IMG/VR virus record: IMGVR_UViG_3300009164_003041 | Source of the DNA: an uncultured virus (IMG/VR IMGVR_UViG_3300009164_003041) | Taxonomy: Duplodnaviria; Heunggongvirae; Uroviricota; Caudoviricetes | Length of the DNA stretch: 64,000 bases | Reading direction: 5' to 3' (one strand) | Part shown: piece by piece, positions 9,579 to 19,845 of the stretch | Position numbering within the stretch: position 1 is the first letter of the stretch | Layout: each line of letters begins with the position of its first letter | The notes under the pieces: generated by a model | Told to the model about the DNA's origin: nothing | Databases searched by the model: none | Seen by the model: the letters and a program-made list of their open reading frames with translations, nothing else | Made by a program: the position numbers and the translations under genes

Positions 9579-10357
9579 ATATAAATTTCAATACTGACAA
9601 TTTAGTGATATCATCGTACCCTCGTTTTGCCGGGGGCAAGTTTCTAGTAAATTGTTTGGGTCTAAGTGATGATGCAGTATTCCAAGATGCAATTCTAGCA
9701 GACAAACAACTTGAAGGGACCTTCAATAATTCAGATAAGATTGATTATATAATGAATGCTTTGGATAACCATCGCTACGACACTTCTAAACTATGGAATG
9801 ACTTGAAGTTGGGGTGTGTTCAACTATTCAGCTCCACTGAAATTGATTATTCACCTTACAAAAAAGTGAACCTAGAATGGGAAAAGCCCTACATCGCAGC
9901 AGCAAAGATTGTAACTGTGAGAGGAGTAACTTTAAAGCTAAACGATACTGTTGATCGTTTATCACATAACCGTTATAAGTTTTTCATAGGTTCACATGTT
10001 ATAAACAATCTAACTAATATGCTAACTGTATGGAGCAATGCTAAAATAATAGCGTTTAAGAATACTACTAATTTTAGAAGACTACGAGCAGGGACCTTTT
10101 ATTCAGAAAATGAAAAGTTAGATAGCATTACCTTATGGGATAATGAATTGTCAGAATTTCTAAGTGATAAAGAATTAGATGTATATTGGTTCGACAATAA
10201 CCTTTACTTTAGTGAAGAAAGAACTATCAACGAGATTAGCAAACTATACACCTGGTTAAACTTGTCTGGGTTTGACGAAGCTGCTATCTCTACTTACTAC
10301 AGAAGATGGATTAAAACATGTCTACCGATCGACCTGATAAAACTAAGAAACTCCTAA
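9575..10357 (+). CDS. hypothetical protein, possibly sulfotransferase-fold
   Basis: YPRFAGGKFLVNCL N-terminal loop; AT-rich relative to neighbours. Confidence 0.45.
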   Translation: MNINFNTDNLVISSYPRFAGGKFLVNCLGLSDDAVFQDAILADKQLEGTFNNSDKIDYIMNALDNHRYDTSKLWNDLKLGCVQLFSSTEIDYSPYKKVNLEWEKPYIAAAKIVTVRGVTLKLNDTVDRLSHNRYKFFIGSHVINNLTNMLTVWSNAKIIAFKNTTNFRRLRAGTFYSENEKLDSITLWDNELSEFLSDKELDVYWFDNNLYFSEERTINEISKLYTWLNLSGFDEAAISTYYRRWIKTCLPIDLIKLRNS

Positions 10358-10995
10358 TCATAACGGGTCCGCAGGGATCAGGTAACCATCTATTCAGTAG
10401 ATTGTTTAGCCTTCATAAAGATGTGGGTGGTTGGAAAGAACTGCAAGATGAGTACTGGATACCGAGCGACCAAGAAACGTTTGCAAAGTATTGGGTACAT
10501 CCTGAACAACTGTCCGACTTTGACTTCTCAGCGTATCAGCATTGGGTAGCAAACGTATCTGTTCCTTTCGTCTATGATGGGGTAAGGCAAGTTCCTAAAA
10601 TTCTAGAGTTTGCCGAACAAGCCAAGGAACTTGGCTTTGAAGTTTCTATAGGTATAATCGTCCGAGATCAAAACATCAATAAGCTACAGCAACAGCGTGT
10701 GAGGAAAGAAATAACAATTAACACTGCTCTACAATACTACGAAAGATTACTAGATAGTGACTTTCCTGTTCACTTTGTGGATCATGAGGCATTCTTTTTG
10801 CACAAAGAGCATTACTTGAAATGGCTTAGTAAGATTCTAAACTTCCCCATTGATTACGAGAATGAAGTATTAATGAGATTTATTAATAGTAATGAGGATG
10901 CTAATTCTAAATATGTAAAGTATGTTGATGAGTATTGGTTAGATGAGCGTGTTTGGAATGGACTCAAACCTAAAAAGGAAAGAGGATTAGAATGA
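10318..10995 (+). CDS. P-loop/sulfotransferase-fold protein, paralog of 8934..9578
   Basis: LLIITGPQGSGNHLFSRLFSLH vs LLILTGPQGAGNHLWSKIFSLH; RDQNI vs RDQTI. Confidence 0.6.
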   Translation: MSTDRPDKTKKLLIITGPQGSGNHLFSRLFSLHKDVGGWKELQDEYWIPSDQETFAKYWVHPEQLSDFDFSAYQHWVANVSVPFVYDGVRQVPKILEFAEQAKELGFEVSIGIIVRDQNINKLQQQRVRKEITINTALQYYERLLDSDFPVHFVDHEAFFLHKEHYLKWLSKILNFPIDYENEVLMRFINSNEDANSKYVKYVDEYWLDERVWNGLKPKKERGLE

Positions 10996-11537
10996 AAATA
11001 GTACTAAGCCAACGCTTGATGTATCATAACGGCATTGCGTATGATTGCATTGAGCATGGATGGTATACCTTTCTACAAGCACATGAACTATTCTTCTTAC
11101 CAAATGCTTTAAACATACCATTTGATATTTTAGCAGACAACACTGATTTGTTCATTATTACTGGTGGAGACGATAGCACACTGAGAAGAACTGTAGAAAT
11201 CAAACTCGCTACTCACATGATGCAACGAAACAAGCCTGTCTTAGGGGTGTGTCATGGTGCATTTCTTCTTACTGATTTGTTAGGTGGAATATTAGAACCC
11301 GTAGAGGGACATAGAAACGTAGAACATAGTCTTATATACAATAACAGCATGGTTAAGGTAAACAGTCATCATGACTTGGCAATCACAAGATTGCACGGGT
11401 CTGCAACTCCTCTTTGTTTTGATGAGCAGGGCAACATAGAAGCATTCATTGACGGCAAGCTAGCTGGTATAGTATGGCATCCTGAACGAATGAGTGATCC
11501 TTGGTTGCCAAATGAAATACTAAACTTATTAGGATAG
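10992..11537 (+). CDS. class I glutamine amidotransferase / gamma-glutamyl hydrolase-like (catalytic triad intact)
   Basis: ITGGD, GVCHG nucleophile elbow, VNSHH, WHPE. Confidence 0.85.
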   Translation: MKIVLSQRLMYHNGIAYDCIEHGWYTFLQAHELFFLPNALNIPFDILADNTDLFIITGGDDSTLRRTVEIKLATHMMQRNKPVLGVCHGAFLLTDLLGGILEPVEGHRNVEHSLIYNNSMVKVNSHHDLAITRLHGSATPLCFDEQGNIEAFIDGKLAGIVWHPERMSDPWLPNEILNLLG

Positions 11538-11540
11538 AAC

Positions 11541-12164
11541 ATGAGAAAATATATATTCGTAGCAGGAGCTCCTGGCTCAAAGTGGAGCAGCGTAGTGAAG
11601 AATATCTACTTTAGTCCTTCAGTAGATCAGACTGACTATAGTGAAGAAAGAACATATCGACATGATGCATCAGGTTCGGTTGAGTTAATGCACTTAGGTG
11701 CATACTTTGATCCTGGAATGGAGTTTGGTAAATTCTTTGATGACTTAGGGTCGTTTAGCAAAGAAGATTGTGAGAGAGAATTCGATAAGCCATTCAACGG
11801 TGAGGGTGTGCGTATCATCAAGAGCCACGTTTTTGCTCATCATATTGACTTTATCAAAGAAAATTGGCCTGAATGCCCTATCGTGTTAGTGCATCGTCCA
11901 GATGATGCTTGCTTAGGATGGTGGGTACGGTGTGGTCATTTCAATATCACATATCCCACGTATAATCAATACTATAAAGATTTACGTATAATGTCATACA
12001 AGATCAATGAACAAAACAAAGACATTCGTGCTGCTTGGGACAAATACAAAGTGCGAGAACTTGAGACTAACATCGATCTAGCTGCTCATTTGACTATCGA
12101 AACACCTCCTGAAAGATATTGGCAAAATTATAAAAGTGCTGACATACAAGTAGGAGTGATATGA
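11541..12164 (+). CDS. sulfotransferase-fold-like protein
   Basis: IFVAGAPGSKWS, IIKSH, IVLVHRP resemble sulfotransferase elements. Confidence 0.5.
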   Translation: MRKYIFVAGAPGSKWSSVVKNIYFSPSVDQTDYSEERTYRHDASGSVELMHLGAYFDPGMEFGKFFDDLGSFSKEDCEREFDKPFNGEGVRIIKSHVFAHHIDFIKENWPECPIVLVHRPDDACLGWWVRCGHFNITYPTYNQYYKDLRIMSYKINEQNKDIRAAWDKYKVRELETNIDLAAHLTIETPPERYWQNYKSADIQVGVI

Positions 12165-12808
12165 AAAGTAGCTGGAACGATACTGTAGCGAACAGTACGT
12201 ATCATTTTGATCCAAAGAAAACAGACTTCTCTTGGGATGTTCTCAAACATCACGGTAGGATAGATAATACTTGGGAAAATGATCTTGCTGCTATCATTGA
12301 AAACAGTAGACCGGCTACTTGGGAAACTCGTGGATATAAGGGTGAAGGAATACCGGGCCCAAGAGAAGACTTGATAGCCGAAGAGTATGACATTGAACGG
12401 ACAGGGGCTGATCCAAAGATGATTATCACGCATCTGAACTGGGACATACCCGAAAGTCTACACAAGATTACTGAGCAGTTTGGTTTGGATGATTGTATGG
12501 AACGTATCCATGTTCAATGGCCTGGACAGGTATGGACCCGACATATCGACAAGCTACAAAAGTGGAATCCAGAAGATCCTAGTAAAGTTATGCGAATCCT
12601 TGTCCAACTCACTGATTGGCAACCCGGACAATTTTGGGAGTACGGCAACTATAATATGAAATACTGGTCAGCGGGCGATGTGACTTCTTTTGATTGGGCC
12701 AATATCCCGCACTGTACTGCTAATGCCGGACATCATCCTAGAGTCACATTTCAGATTACTGGAATTAAAACTAGTAAGACTTCTGAGTTTCTAAAAAAGT
12801 TAAGATAA
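12161..12808 (+). CDS. cupin / 2OG-Fe(II) oxygenase-like protein
   Basis: HID (HxD) and distal His (IPHCTAN), PRVTFQITG. Confidence 0.65.
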   Translation: MKSSWNDTVANSTYHFDPKKTDFSWDVLKHHGRIDNTWENDLAAIIENSRPATWETRGYKGEGIPGPREDLIAEEYDIERTGADPKMIITHLNWDIPESLHKITEQFGLDDCMERIHVQWPGQVWTRHIDKLQKWNPEDPSKVMRILVQLTDWQPGQFWEYGNYNMKYWSAGDVTSFDWANIPHCTANAGHHPRVTFQITGIKTSKTSEFLKKLR

Positions 12809-12816
12809 ATACTTGA

Positions 12817-13398
12817 ATGAGAGCAACCGAACTACTTGCCGAATCAGCCGTTATGGAATTAGCCAAAGAACTACCCAGTTTGGCTAAGCATGACTACAAC
12901 TCCATTGACAAGTTGATGCGTAAGATTGCCAAGAAGAATCATATTACTGGTAAGGCTCTACACGATCTTTTTCTTAGAAAGTATAAGAAGACTCCCGATA
13001 GTTGGATCAAGGATGTTAAGGAAGAAGAGGTTGACAGCAGCGAATTAGATATTAAGGCTGAAGTCGAGAAGTTTGCTGAATGGGCAATGCGCCGTGTTCA
13101 TCTAGAAAACCCAATTAAGATTGATCTAAGCTACGATACTAAGGAAGCACAAGACAATCATCACACTGGTCGTCACACTATGGGTGATCCAACTATTTGG
13201 GTCTACGCAGCAAATCGTAATCTAGTAGATATCCTTCGCACCGTCTTCCACGAAATCGTACATTGCCGTCAGGGCGAATTGGGTATGATTCAGCCTGGGG
13301 ATTCTTATCCCGGATCGCCTATAGAAGCGATGGCTGACATGTTAGCTGGTAAATATATGAAGATTTACGGCGAAAAGAATCATCACATCTATCAATAA
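12817..13398 (+). CDS. HExxH zinc-metalloprotein-like
   Basis: RTVFHEIVHCRQ followed by IEAMAD. Confidence 0.6.
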   Translation: MRATELLAESAVMELAKELPSLAKHDYNSIDKLMRKIAKKNHITGKALHDLFLRKYKKTPDSWIKDVKEEEVDSSELDIKAEVEKFAEWAMRRVHLENPIKIDLSYDTKEAQDNHHTGRHTMGDPTIWVYAANRNLVDILRTVFHEIVHCRQGELGMIQPGDSYPGSPIEAMADMLAGKYMKIYGEKNHHIYQ

Positions 13399-13462
13399 GG
13401 TAACCAATATAGTTGAATTCTCTACGTAGTCTGTTATACTAACTAGACTATAAGGAGAATCC

Positions 13463-13723
13463 ATGACAACTCGTACTTTTAATAATGAAGCTAAGGTAAA
13501 GCTGACCCAACTCGTAAATGAGGGTATGGCTGTAATGCAAGAGATTGAAACCCTTAACGAAGGTCTCAGTGACACGATTAAGGCAATCGCTGAGGAACTT
13601 GAAGTTAAGCCTAGCGTATTGAAGAAGGCAATTCGTGTTGCCCATAAGTCTCGTCTTGCAGAGACTAATCAGGAAAACGAAGAACTTAATACTATTTTGG
13701 AGACAGTCGGTAAGACTAGCTGA
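13463..13723 (+). CDS. small dsDNA-binding protein (GapR / T4 DsbA-like)
   Basis: Helical 86 aa, IKAIAEELEVKPSVLKKAIR; directly upstream of DNA polymerase. Confidence 0.55.
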   Translation: MTTRTFNNEAKVKLTQLVNEGMAVMQEIETLNEGLSDTIKAIAEELEVKPSVLKKAIRVAHKSRLAETNQENEELNTILETVGKTS

Positions 13724-16434
13724 TGTCGTACATTGACGCAATCTTAGAACAGAGCGCGGATAGAGTCTACGTAGTAGAGCGTACTCCCGAGGGTAAGCGG
13801 GCTTATAAGGAATATAGTACCAACTATGTTCTTTATTACGCTGATCCAAAGGGGAAACAACGTTCTATCTACGGAGACCCTGTAACTCGTTTCTCTACAC
13901 GTAAACGTGCAGAATTCGAGAAGGAGCGCAGAATTCACTCTAACAAGCAATTGTTCGAGAGTGACGTTAATGTGGTCTTTAGGTGTCTTTCTGAAAACTA
14001 CCTAAACGTAGAACCTCCGAACCTTCATACTTGCTTCTTCGACATTGAAGTGGACTTTGACCCAGAGCGTGGTTTCAGTCCCACAGATGATCCGTTCAAT
14101 CCAGTGACTGCAATCACGTTGTACCTTGATTGGCTGGATCAACTGATCACTCTTGCAATTCCTCCGAGACACATGACGGATGAGACTGCACAAGAGTTGG
14201 TCAAAGACTTCCCGAACACGTTCTTGTTCCGAAGCGAAATCGAAATGTTCGATACGTTTTTTGATCTTATCGAGGATGCAGATGTTGTTACTGGTTGGAA
14301 CTCGGAAGGGTATGACGTTCCCTACATGGTGAATCGTGTTACTCGTGTGATGAGTAAGAATGATACTCGCAGGTTCTGTCTGATGGGACAGCTTCCGAAG
14401 ACTCGTACATATGAGCGTTTCGGTAAGGAAGAACAGACATATGACTTCGTTGGTCGTATTCATCTTGACTATCTACAACTCTACAAGAAGTATAACTACG
14501 AATCTCGTCACAGTTATTCACTTGACGCAATCGGTGAGTATGAATTAGGTGAGCGAAAGACTCAATACGAAGGGTCGCTGGATCAGCTATACAACAAGGA
14601 CTTTAGAAAGTTCATTGAGTATAACCGTCAGGATACTATGCTCGTGTTCAAGATTCATAACAAGCTAAAGTTTCTTGACCTTGCAAATGCACTAGCACAT
14701 GAGAACACTGTACTGCTTCCGACTGTTATGGGATCAGTGGCAATGATTGAAATGGCAGTCATGAACGAAGCACATGCTCGTGGATTCATCGTTCCAGACA
14801 AGAAGCGTAAAGAATCTTACGGCGAAGTCTCACAGGCTGCGGGTGCTTATGTTGCTACTCCACACAAGGGCATTCACGAATGGGTAGGAGCAGTTGACAT
14901 TAACTCTCTGTATCCTTCTGCTATTCGTGCGTTGAACATGGCCCCCGAAACTATTGTAGGTCAGATTAGGCAAACGCTCACTGATCAATACATGACCGAG
15001 AAAAGCCTCTCACTAGCTAAAGACAAGCGTAAGAAGAAGAACGGTGATGATGCAGAAGCAGTCACTGGTGCTGTTCTTTGGGAAGGGTTGTTTGGTTCAC
15101 TAGAGTATACTGCTGTGATGAACCAAGAGCGTGGAACTACGCTCACGATTGATTATGCTGATGGTCGTAGCGAAGAAAAATCTGCTGCTGAAATCTGGAA
15201 GATGATCTTTGATAGTCATCGTCCTTGGATCCTTTCAGCTAATGGAACCATCTTCACTTACGAGAAAGAAGGAATCATTCCAGGGCTTCTGTCTCGCTGG
15301 TACTCAGAACGTAAAGAAACTCAAAAGCTAGCCAGAGAAGCATATGGAACAGATATGTTTGAATATTACGATAAGCGTCAGCTTGTTCGTAAGATTCTGC
15401 TAAACTCTGCATACGGCGCACTTTTGAACGAACACTGCCGATTCTACGATAAGCGTATCGGTCAGTCCGTTACATTGTCTGGTCGTCAGATTGTCAAGCA
15501 TATGATGAGTCAAATCAATGAAATCGTTGAAGGTACTTATCAGCATGATGGCAAAGCTATCGTTTATGGAGATACTGACTCTTGCTACTTCACTGCGTAT
15601 CCTGCACTCAAGTCTCAAATTGAAAAGGGAGAGCTAGAGTGGAGCAAGGAACTATGCATTGAGTTGTATGACAACATCGCTGACCAAGCTAACGATAGCT
15701 TCCCTGCGTTCATGGAGAAGGCTTTTCACGCCCCTCGTAAGAACGGTGAAATCATCAAAGCTGGTCGTGAGTTGATCGGTGATCGTGCTATCTTTATCAC
15801 TAAGAAGCGTTATGCTATCAACATCTTTGATAAGGAAGGCAAGCGTCAAGACAATGATGGTAAGCTTGGTTCTGTCAAGGCAATGGGTCTTGATCTAAAA
15901 CGTGCAGACACTCCGAAGTATGTTCAAGAGTTCTTGATGCAAGTGCTTTGCATGGTCATTCAAGAAGGTAAGAACCGCGATGATGTCGTTGACAAGATTC
16001 GTGAGTTCAAGACTTGGCTCTCTACGCAAGATAGTTGGACTAAGGGAAATCCGAAGTCTGTCAACAATCTGACCAATCACACTATCAAGTTTGAGAAGAC
16101 TGGCAAGTGTGCAGTTGGTCATGCTAAAGCTGCTATCAACTATAACTATCTTCGCAGAATGAACGGAGATCAGTATAGTCAGAAGATCGTTGACGGAATG
16201 AAGGTTATCGTATGTTCGCTCAAAGATAATATGTTCGGCTTTACTTCTGTCGCATATCCCACAGACGAACTTCGACTTCCGCAATGGTTCCTTGAACTAC
16301 CTTTCGATGATCTAGACATGGAACGAAAGCTAGTTGATGAGAAGATCGACAATCTATTGGGTGTTCTAAACTGGAATATCCGCGTGGATACTAATACTAA
16401 TAGTACTGTAAGTGATCTTTTCAGCTTTGGTTAA
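13723..16434 (+). CDS. family B DNA polymerase
   Basis: Exo motifs FFDIEVD, GWNSEGYD, YNRQD; pol motifs DINSLYPS, KILLNSAYG, YGDTDS, KKRY. Confidence 0.97.
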   Translation: MSYIDAILEQSADRVYVVERTPEGKRAYKEYSTNYVLYYADPKGKQRSIYGDPVTRFSTRKRAEFEKERRIHSNKQLFESDVNVVFRCLSENYLNVEPPNLHTCFFDIEVDFDPERGFSPTDDPFNPVTAITLYLDWLDQLITLAIPPRHMTDETAQELVKDFPNTFLFRSEIEMFDTFFDLIEDADVVTGWNSEGYDVPYMVNRVTRVMSKNDTRRFCLMGQLPKTRTYERFGKEEQTYDFVGRIHLDYLQLYKKYNYESRHSYSLDAIGEYELGERKTQYEGSLDQLYNKDFRKFIEYNRQDTMLVFKIHNKLKFLDLANALAHENTVLLPTVMGSVAMIEMAVMNEAHARGFIVPDKKRKESYGEVSQAAGAYVATPHKGIHEWVGAVDINSLYPSAIRALNMAPETIVGQIRQTLTDQYMTEKSLSLAKDKRKKKNGDDAEAVTGAVLWEGLFGSLEYTAVMNQERGTTLTIDYADGRSEEKSAAEIWKMIFDSHRPWILSANGTIFTYEKEGIIPGLLSRWYSERKETQKLAREAYGTDMFEYYDKRQLVRKILLNSAYGALLNEHCRFYDKRIGQSVTLSGRQIVKHMMSQINEIVEGTYQHDGKAIVYGDTDSCYFTAYPALKSQIEKGELEWSKELCIELYDNIADQANDSFPAFMEKAFHAPRKNGEIIKAGRELIGDRAIFITKKRYAINIFDKEGKRQDNDGKLGSVKAMGLDLKRADTPKYVQEFLMQVLCMVIQEGKNRDDVVDKIREFKTWLSTQDSWTKGNPKSVNNLTNHTIKFEKTGKCAVGHAKAAINYNYLRRMNGDQYSQKIVDGMKVIVCSLKDNMFGFTSVAYPTDELRLPQWFLELPFDDLDMERKLVDEKIDNLLGVLNWNIRVDTNTNSTVSDLFSFG

Positions 16435-16515
16435 ACTAAAGATTGACTTTCGTAAAAAAATCCACTATTATACACACTATAACTACCTAAATACTTCTAA
16501 TAAAGGAAACACACA

Positions 16516-17250
16516 ATGAAAGATTATTTGCTCGACCTAGTTGAACATACACATGCTCTCGGTATCATTGATCTGGTTAAGATCGTAGGAACCGATGAAG
16601 AAACAGAATTCGGTGCGTATTCAGACGACCAGACTGTTGTAATCTCTGGTTCGTTTAAGACTCCGATTCCAGAATTTGCAGGCACGTTTGGTATGCCTAA
16701 TCTATCTAAGTTAAAGACTATCATCGGCTTTGATGAATATGATGCCAATGCTAAGATCAATCTCGTCCGAGAAGATCGTGATGGTGAGAAGGATGTTCCT
16801 GTTCGTATTCACTTTGAGACTGCAACCGGCGACTTCGTTAATGACTATCGCTTGATGCTCAAGTACATTGTCGAAGACAAGGTAAAGAACGTTAAGTTCA
16901 AGGGCGCTACGTGGGACGTTGAGTTTGAACCCACTGTTGCTGGCATCAGTCGTTTGAAGAAGCAGGCTTCTGCTAATAGTGAAGAACTCACGTTCAATGC
17001 TAAGACTGAGAACGGTGATCTTAAGATTTACTTCGGTGATCCTTCTACTCACTCTGGTAACTTCGTCTTCCAGCCGGGAGTTGCTGGCACGTTGTCTCGT
17101 GCATGGAATTGGCCTGTCAAGGTCTTTCTTGCAATCATGGATCTTCCCGGCGACAAGAAGATTCGCATGGCAGACGCAGGTGCTGTTGAAATCGTCGTAG
17201 ACAGTGGTCTTGCAACTTATCGTTATCTCTTGCCCGCACAGGCTAAGTAA
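16516..17250 (+). CDS. DNA polymerase sliding clamp (gp45/PCNA-like)
   Basis: About 244 aa, acidic, two-domain alpha/beta pattern, FGMPNLSKL, C-terminal YRYLLPA; follows the polymerase. Confidence 0.65.
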   Translation: MKDYLLDLVEHTHALGIIDLVKIVGTDEETEFGAYSDDQTVVISGSFKTPIPEFAGTFGMPNLSKLKTIIGFDEYDANAKINLVREDRDGEKDVPVRIHFETATGDFVNDYRLMLKYIVEDKVKNVKFKGATWDVEFEPTVAGISRLKKQASANSEELTFNAKTENGDLKIYFGDPSTHSGNFVFQPGVAGTLSRAWNWPVKVFLAIMDLPGDKKIRMADAGAVEIVVDSGLATYRYLLPAQAK

Positions 17251-17621
17251 TGATCAAGACTGTCAATGGATCAGGAAGATATGTGATGGTCAACGGCGGA
17301 ATGCCATCGACCACATACATGAACACTATGTCAGGCTACATGGGCGTAGGTGATTTACGTTTCAATTCAAACTCACAGAATGTTGAAGTTTATGATGGTC
17401 AACTGTGGAGAGAGTTGAATACATCCCACGCTTCGATTGGATTGACTCCAGAAGCAGAGTCGTTACTTGACTGGGCTAGAGAAAAGCGCAATCAAGAAAT
17501 GCAAATTGAAGCATTATCAAAGTCTAATCCAACTATCGCTGATTTGGTTGAACAGAAAAAGAATCTTGATCACAAAATCAAGATGGTTCGGAATTTGATA
17601 CAGGATGACGTTACCGCGTGA
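17250..17621 (+). CDS. hypothetical phage protein
   Basis: Translationally coupled ORF; GDLRFN...EVYDG motif. Confidence 0.7.
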   Translation: MIKTVNGSGRYVMVNGGMPSTTYMNTMSGYMGVGDLRFNSNSQNVEVYDGQLWRELNTSHASIGLTPEAESLLDWAREKRNQEMQIEALSKSNPTIADLVEQKKNLDHKIKMVRNLIQDDVTA

Positions 17622-18331
17622 GTGAACAGTACATTATTTCATTCTTTCCTGGTACTTCAGGAAAACTCATAGCGCAAGTGCTATGGAGGATGATTAATGA
17701 CTTAGACGAGGAGATATTGTTCACTCCGGAAAACTCTGCCCACGTGTCATATCCTTGGGAGAGTTCATGGAAGCATCCTGCTACTAATGATCCTAATCTT
17801 GCTGGACTAGATATGTTTGAGGAGTTGAGTTTTTCCGATCATGGGATACTAGCTACTCAAATGTATCCGGAGTTCGATGTTATTCGGACCCGCCTTCCGA
17901 ATGTTAAACTGATAATCATATTAGTAGAAGAAGACGATCTACCGGAAATAGCATTCAATCATATTACAAAAAACACTATGGTTTCTAAACACTATCGTGG
18001 AAAGTTAGAGGCTAAAGGTTACAACCTGAATGATGATCTTTGGAAACAACTGATAATAGAACGACAGATTGATCTTAAAAGATGGTATAAGTCAAATCAA
18101 GATGATAATGATTTATACGGTAACTTTAGCAAGTATTACAAGGTACATGTACCTAAAGATTCTCTTGACAACACACTAATAATGAAGTATAGTGATATCT
18201 ACAAAGAACAAGGTGATTCATTTGTTGCCCTAGAGCAGTTAAAAGAATTCACTGGTAAAGTAGCTAGCCAGTTAGTGATTAAGAGCTATAGAACATACGT
18301 AATGAATCGGAATAAGACATGGAACAAGTAA
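17618..18331 (+). CDS. hypothetical protein, possibly sulfotransferase-fold
   Basis: IISFFPGTSGKL N-terminal loop. Confidence 0.45.
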   Translation: MSEQYIISFFPGTSGKLIAQVLWRMINDLDEEILFTPENSAHVSYPWESSWKHPATNDPNLAGLDMFEELSFSDHGILATQMYPEFDVIRTRLPNVKLIIILVEEDDLPEIAFNHITKNTMVSKHYRGKLEAKGYNLNDDLWKQLIIERQIDLKRWYKSNQDDNDLYGNFSKYYKVHVPKDSLDNTLIMKYSDIYKEQGDSFVALEQLKEFTGKVASQLVIKSYRTYVMNRNKTWNK

Positions 18332-19845
18332 ATCTCTCAGCATCACATGACCCAGATTGGGCGTTGTTTTTGCCAGCAGTCTCGTCTTTCTTCATCGCCG
18401 GGCTTGGTAAGCAGCGTGAAGGTGAAAACTATTTTGACCCAGCGAGAATCCCTGCAGCATTCAACGGTGATGTTGAGAAGCTAAATTTCCTCAATGAGAA
18501 GGAAGGCTTGTACACTTACAAGTGGGGACTGTATTCTGCTGGTCACGCAAACTTAGATATCACAAAGAATGATAACAACGAATCTATCATTCGTAAGCGT
18601 GATCGGCAGAATACTTTCTTACTCGGTGACTCTGGTGGTTTCCAGATTCTCAAGTGTCAGTGGCCTGCTGACTGGAAGGATCCTAACTGTCCCCGTGCAA
18701 TGAAGAAGCGGACAGAAGTCCTCAAGTGGATGGATGAATACATGGACTATGGCATGTGTCTTGATATTCCATCGCAGTCGTTGACAACGTATCACATCAT
18801 TGACAAGAAGACCGGAAAGTCTGCTCACGGCATCAGCACGATTGAAGAAGCAATCACTGCTACTCATATTAACAACGAATACTTTGTTGCTAATCGTGAC
18901 GGTCGTTGCAAGTTTCTAAACGTTCTACAAGGGCGTAATCATAAACAGTCTGATGACTGGTATGAAGAAATGAAGAAGTATTGCGATACTAACGTCTACG
19001 GAGACAAGGCATTCAACGGTTGGGCATTCGGTGGTCAAAACAAGATCGATGTTCACTTGATGCTTAAGCGAATCATCAACATCATTCATGACGGCTATCT
19101 TGAAGAAGGTAAGCAAGATTTGATTCACTGTCTTGGTACTTCAATCATGGAGTATGCTGTCATCTTTACTGATGTTCAGAAAGCTGTTCGCAAGTATCAT
19201 AATCCAAAGTTACAGATTACGTTTGACTGTGCATCGCCGTTTTTTGCTGCTGCAAAGGGTCTTGCTTATAATAACAATACGTTTGAACACGACAGTAAGT
19301 GGACGTATGCTATGGAGAAGACTGCCGAAGAAAAGAGATATGCAACTGACACACGTAAGTTCAGTGACGGTGTACTAGCTGATGGTATTCACAAGGTGTT
19401 TACTGATAGTCCGGTAACGGATATGATGGTGATGAAGGACCTTTGCTATCGTGGTCAGGGTTTCTTAGGTCAACACGGTAAAGAAACTAAGACTAGCTGG
19501 GACACTCTCAGCTATACTCTCATTCAGGCACATAACGTGTATCAGCATATGACTGCTGTACAGGAAGCAAATCGTCGCTACGAACAAGGTATCATGCCAA
19601 AGATGGTCTTTGATCGGTTCGATGGTCGAACTTTTGGTCAAATTGTTGATGAGATTTTCTCACTTAAGGATAGACAAAAGAGTTTAGATTTGCTAGAATC
19701 ACATAGTAAGTTCTGGACTCAGATGAAAGCAGGGCAAGGGTTTTCTGGTAAGAAGACAATAAATGCTCAAACGATGTTTAATCAATTGTTCAGTGTTGAA
19801 GATACTGAAGAAGAAACAGGATATGATGATGGCTACGAATATTGA
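18319..19845 (+). CDS. dpdA: TGT-fold 7-deazaguanine DNA transglycosylase (DpdA family)
   Basis: LGDSGGFQ, CLDIP, LNVLQG, GWAFGG, IHCLG, TFDCAS motifs; clustered with folE/queD/queE. Confidence 0.82.
   Translation: MEQVNLSASHDPDWALFLPAVSSFFIAGLGKQREGENYFDPARIPAAFNGDVEKLNFLNEKEGLYTYKWGLYSAGHANLDITKNDNNESIIRKRDRQNTFLLGDSGGFQILKCQWPADWKDPNCPRAMKKRTEVLKWMDEYMDYGMCLDIPSQSLTTYHIIDKKTGKSAHGISTIEEAITATHINNEYFVANRDGRCKFLNVLQGRNHKQSDDWYEEMKKYCDTNVYGDKAFNGWAFGGQNKIDVHLMLKRIINIIHDGYLEEGKQDLIHCLGTSIMEYAVIFTDVQKAVRKYHNPKLQITFDCASPFFAAAKGLAYNNNTFEHDSKWTYAMEKTAEEKRYATDTRKFSDGVLADGIHKVFTDSPVTDMMVMKDLCYRGQGFLGQHGKETKTSWDTLSYTLIQAHNVYQHMTAVQEANRRYEQGIMPKMVFDRFDGRTFGQIVDEIFSLKDRQKSLDLLESHSKFWTQMKAGQGFSGKKTINAQTMFNQLFSVEDTEEETGYDDGYEY

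Noticed and set aside
14940..15260. Possible intein or intron in the DNA polymerase between motifs A and B
   Set aside because: Frame is uninterrupted, with no intein splice residues or homing-endonuclease motifs; looks like a lineage-specific insertion.
18319..19845. tRNA-guanine transglycosylase for queuosine
   Set aside because: Divergent, no C-terminal CxCxxC zinc site seen, no queA/queF/queG nearby; context fits DNA modification better (not proven).
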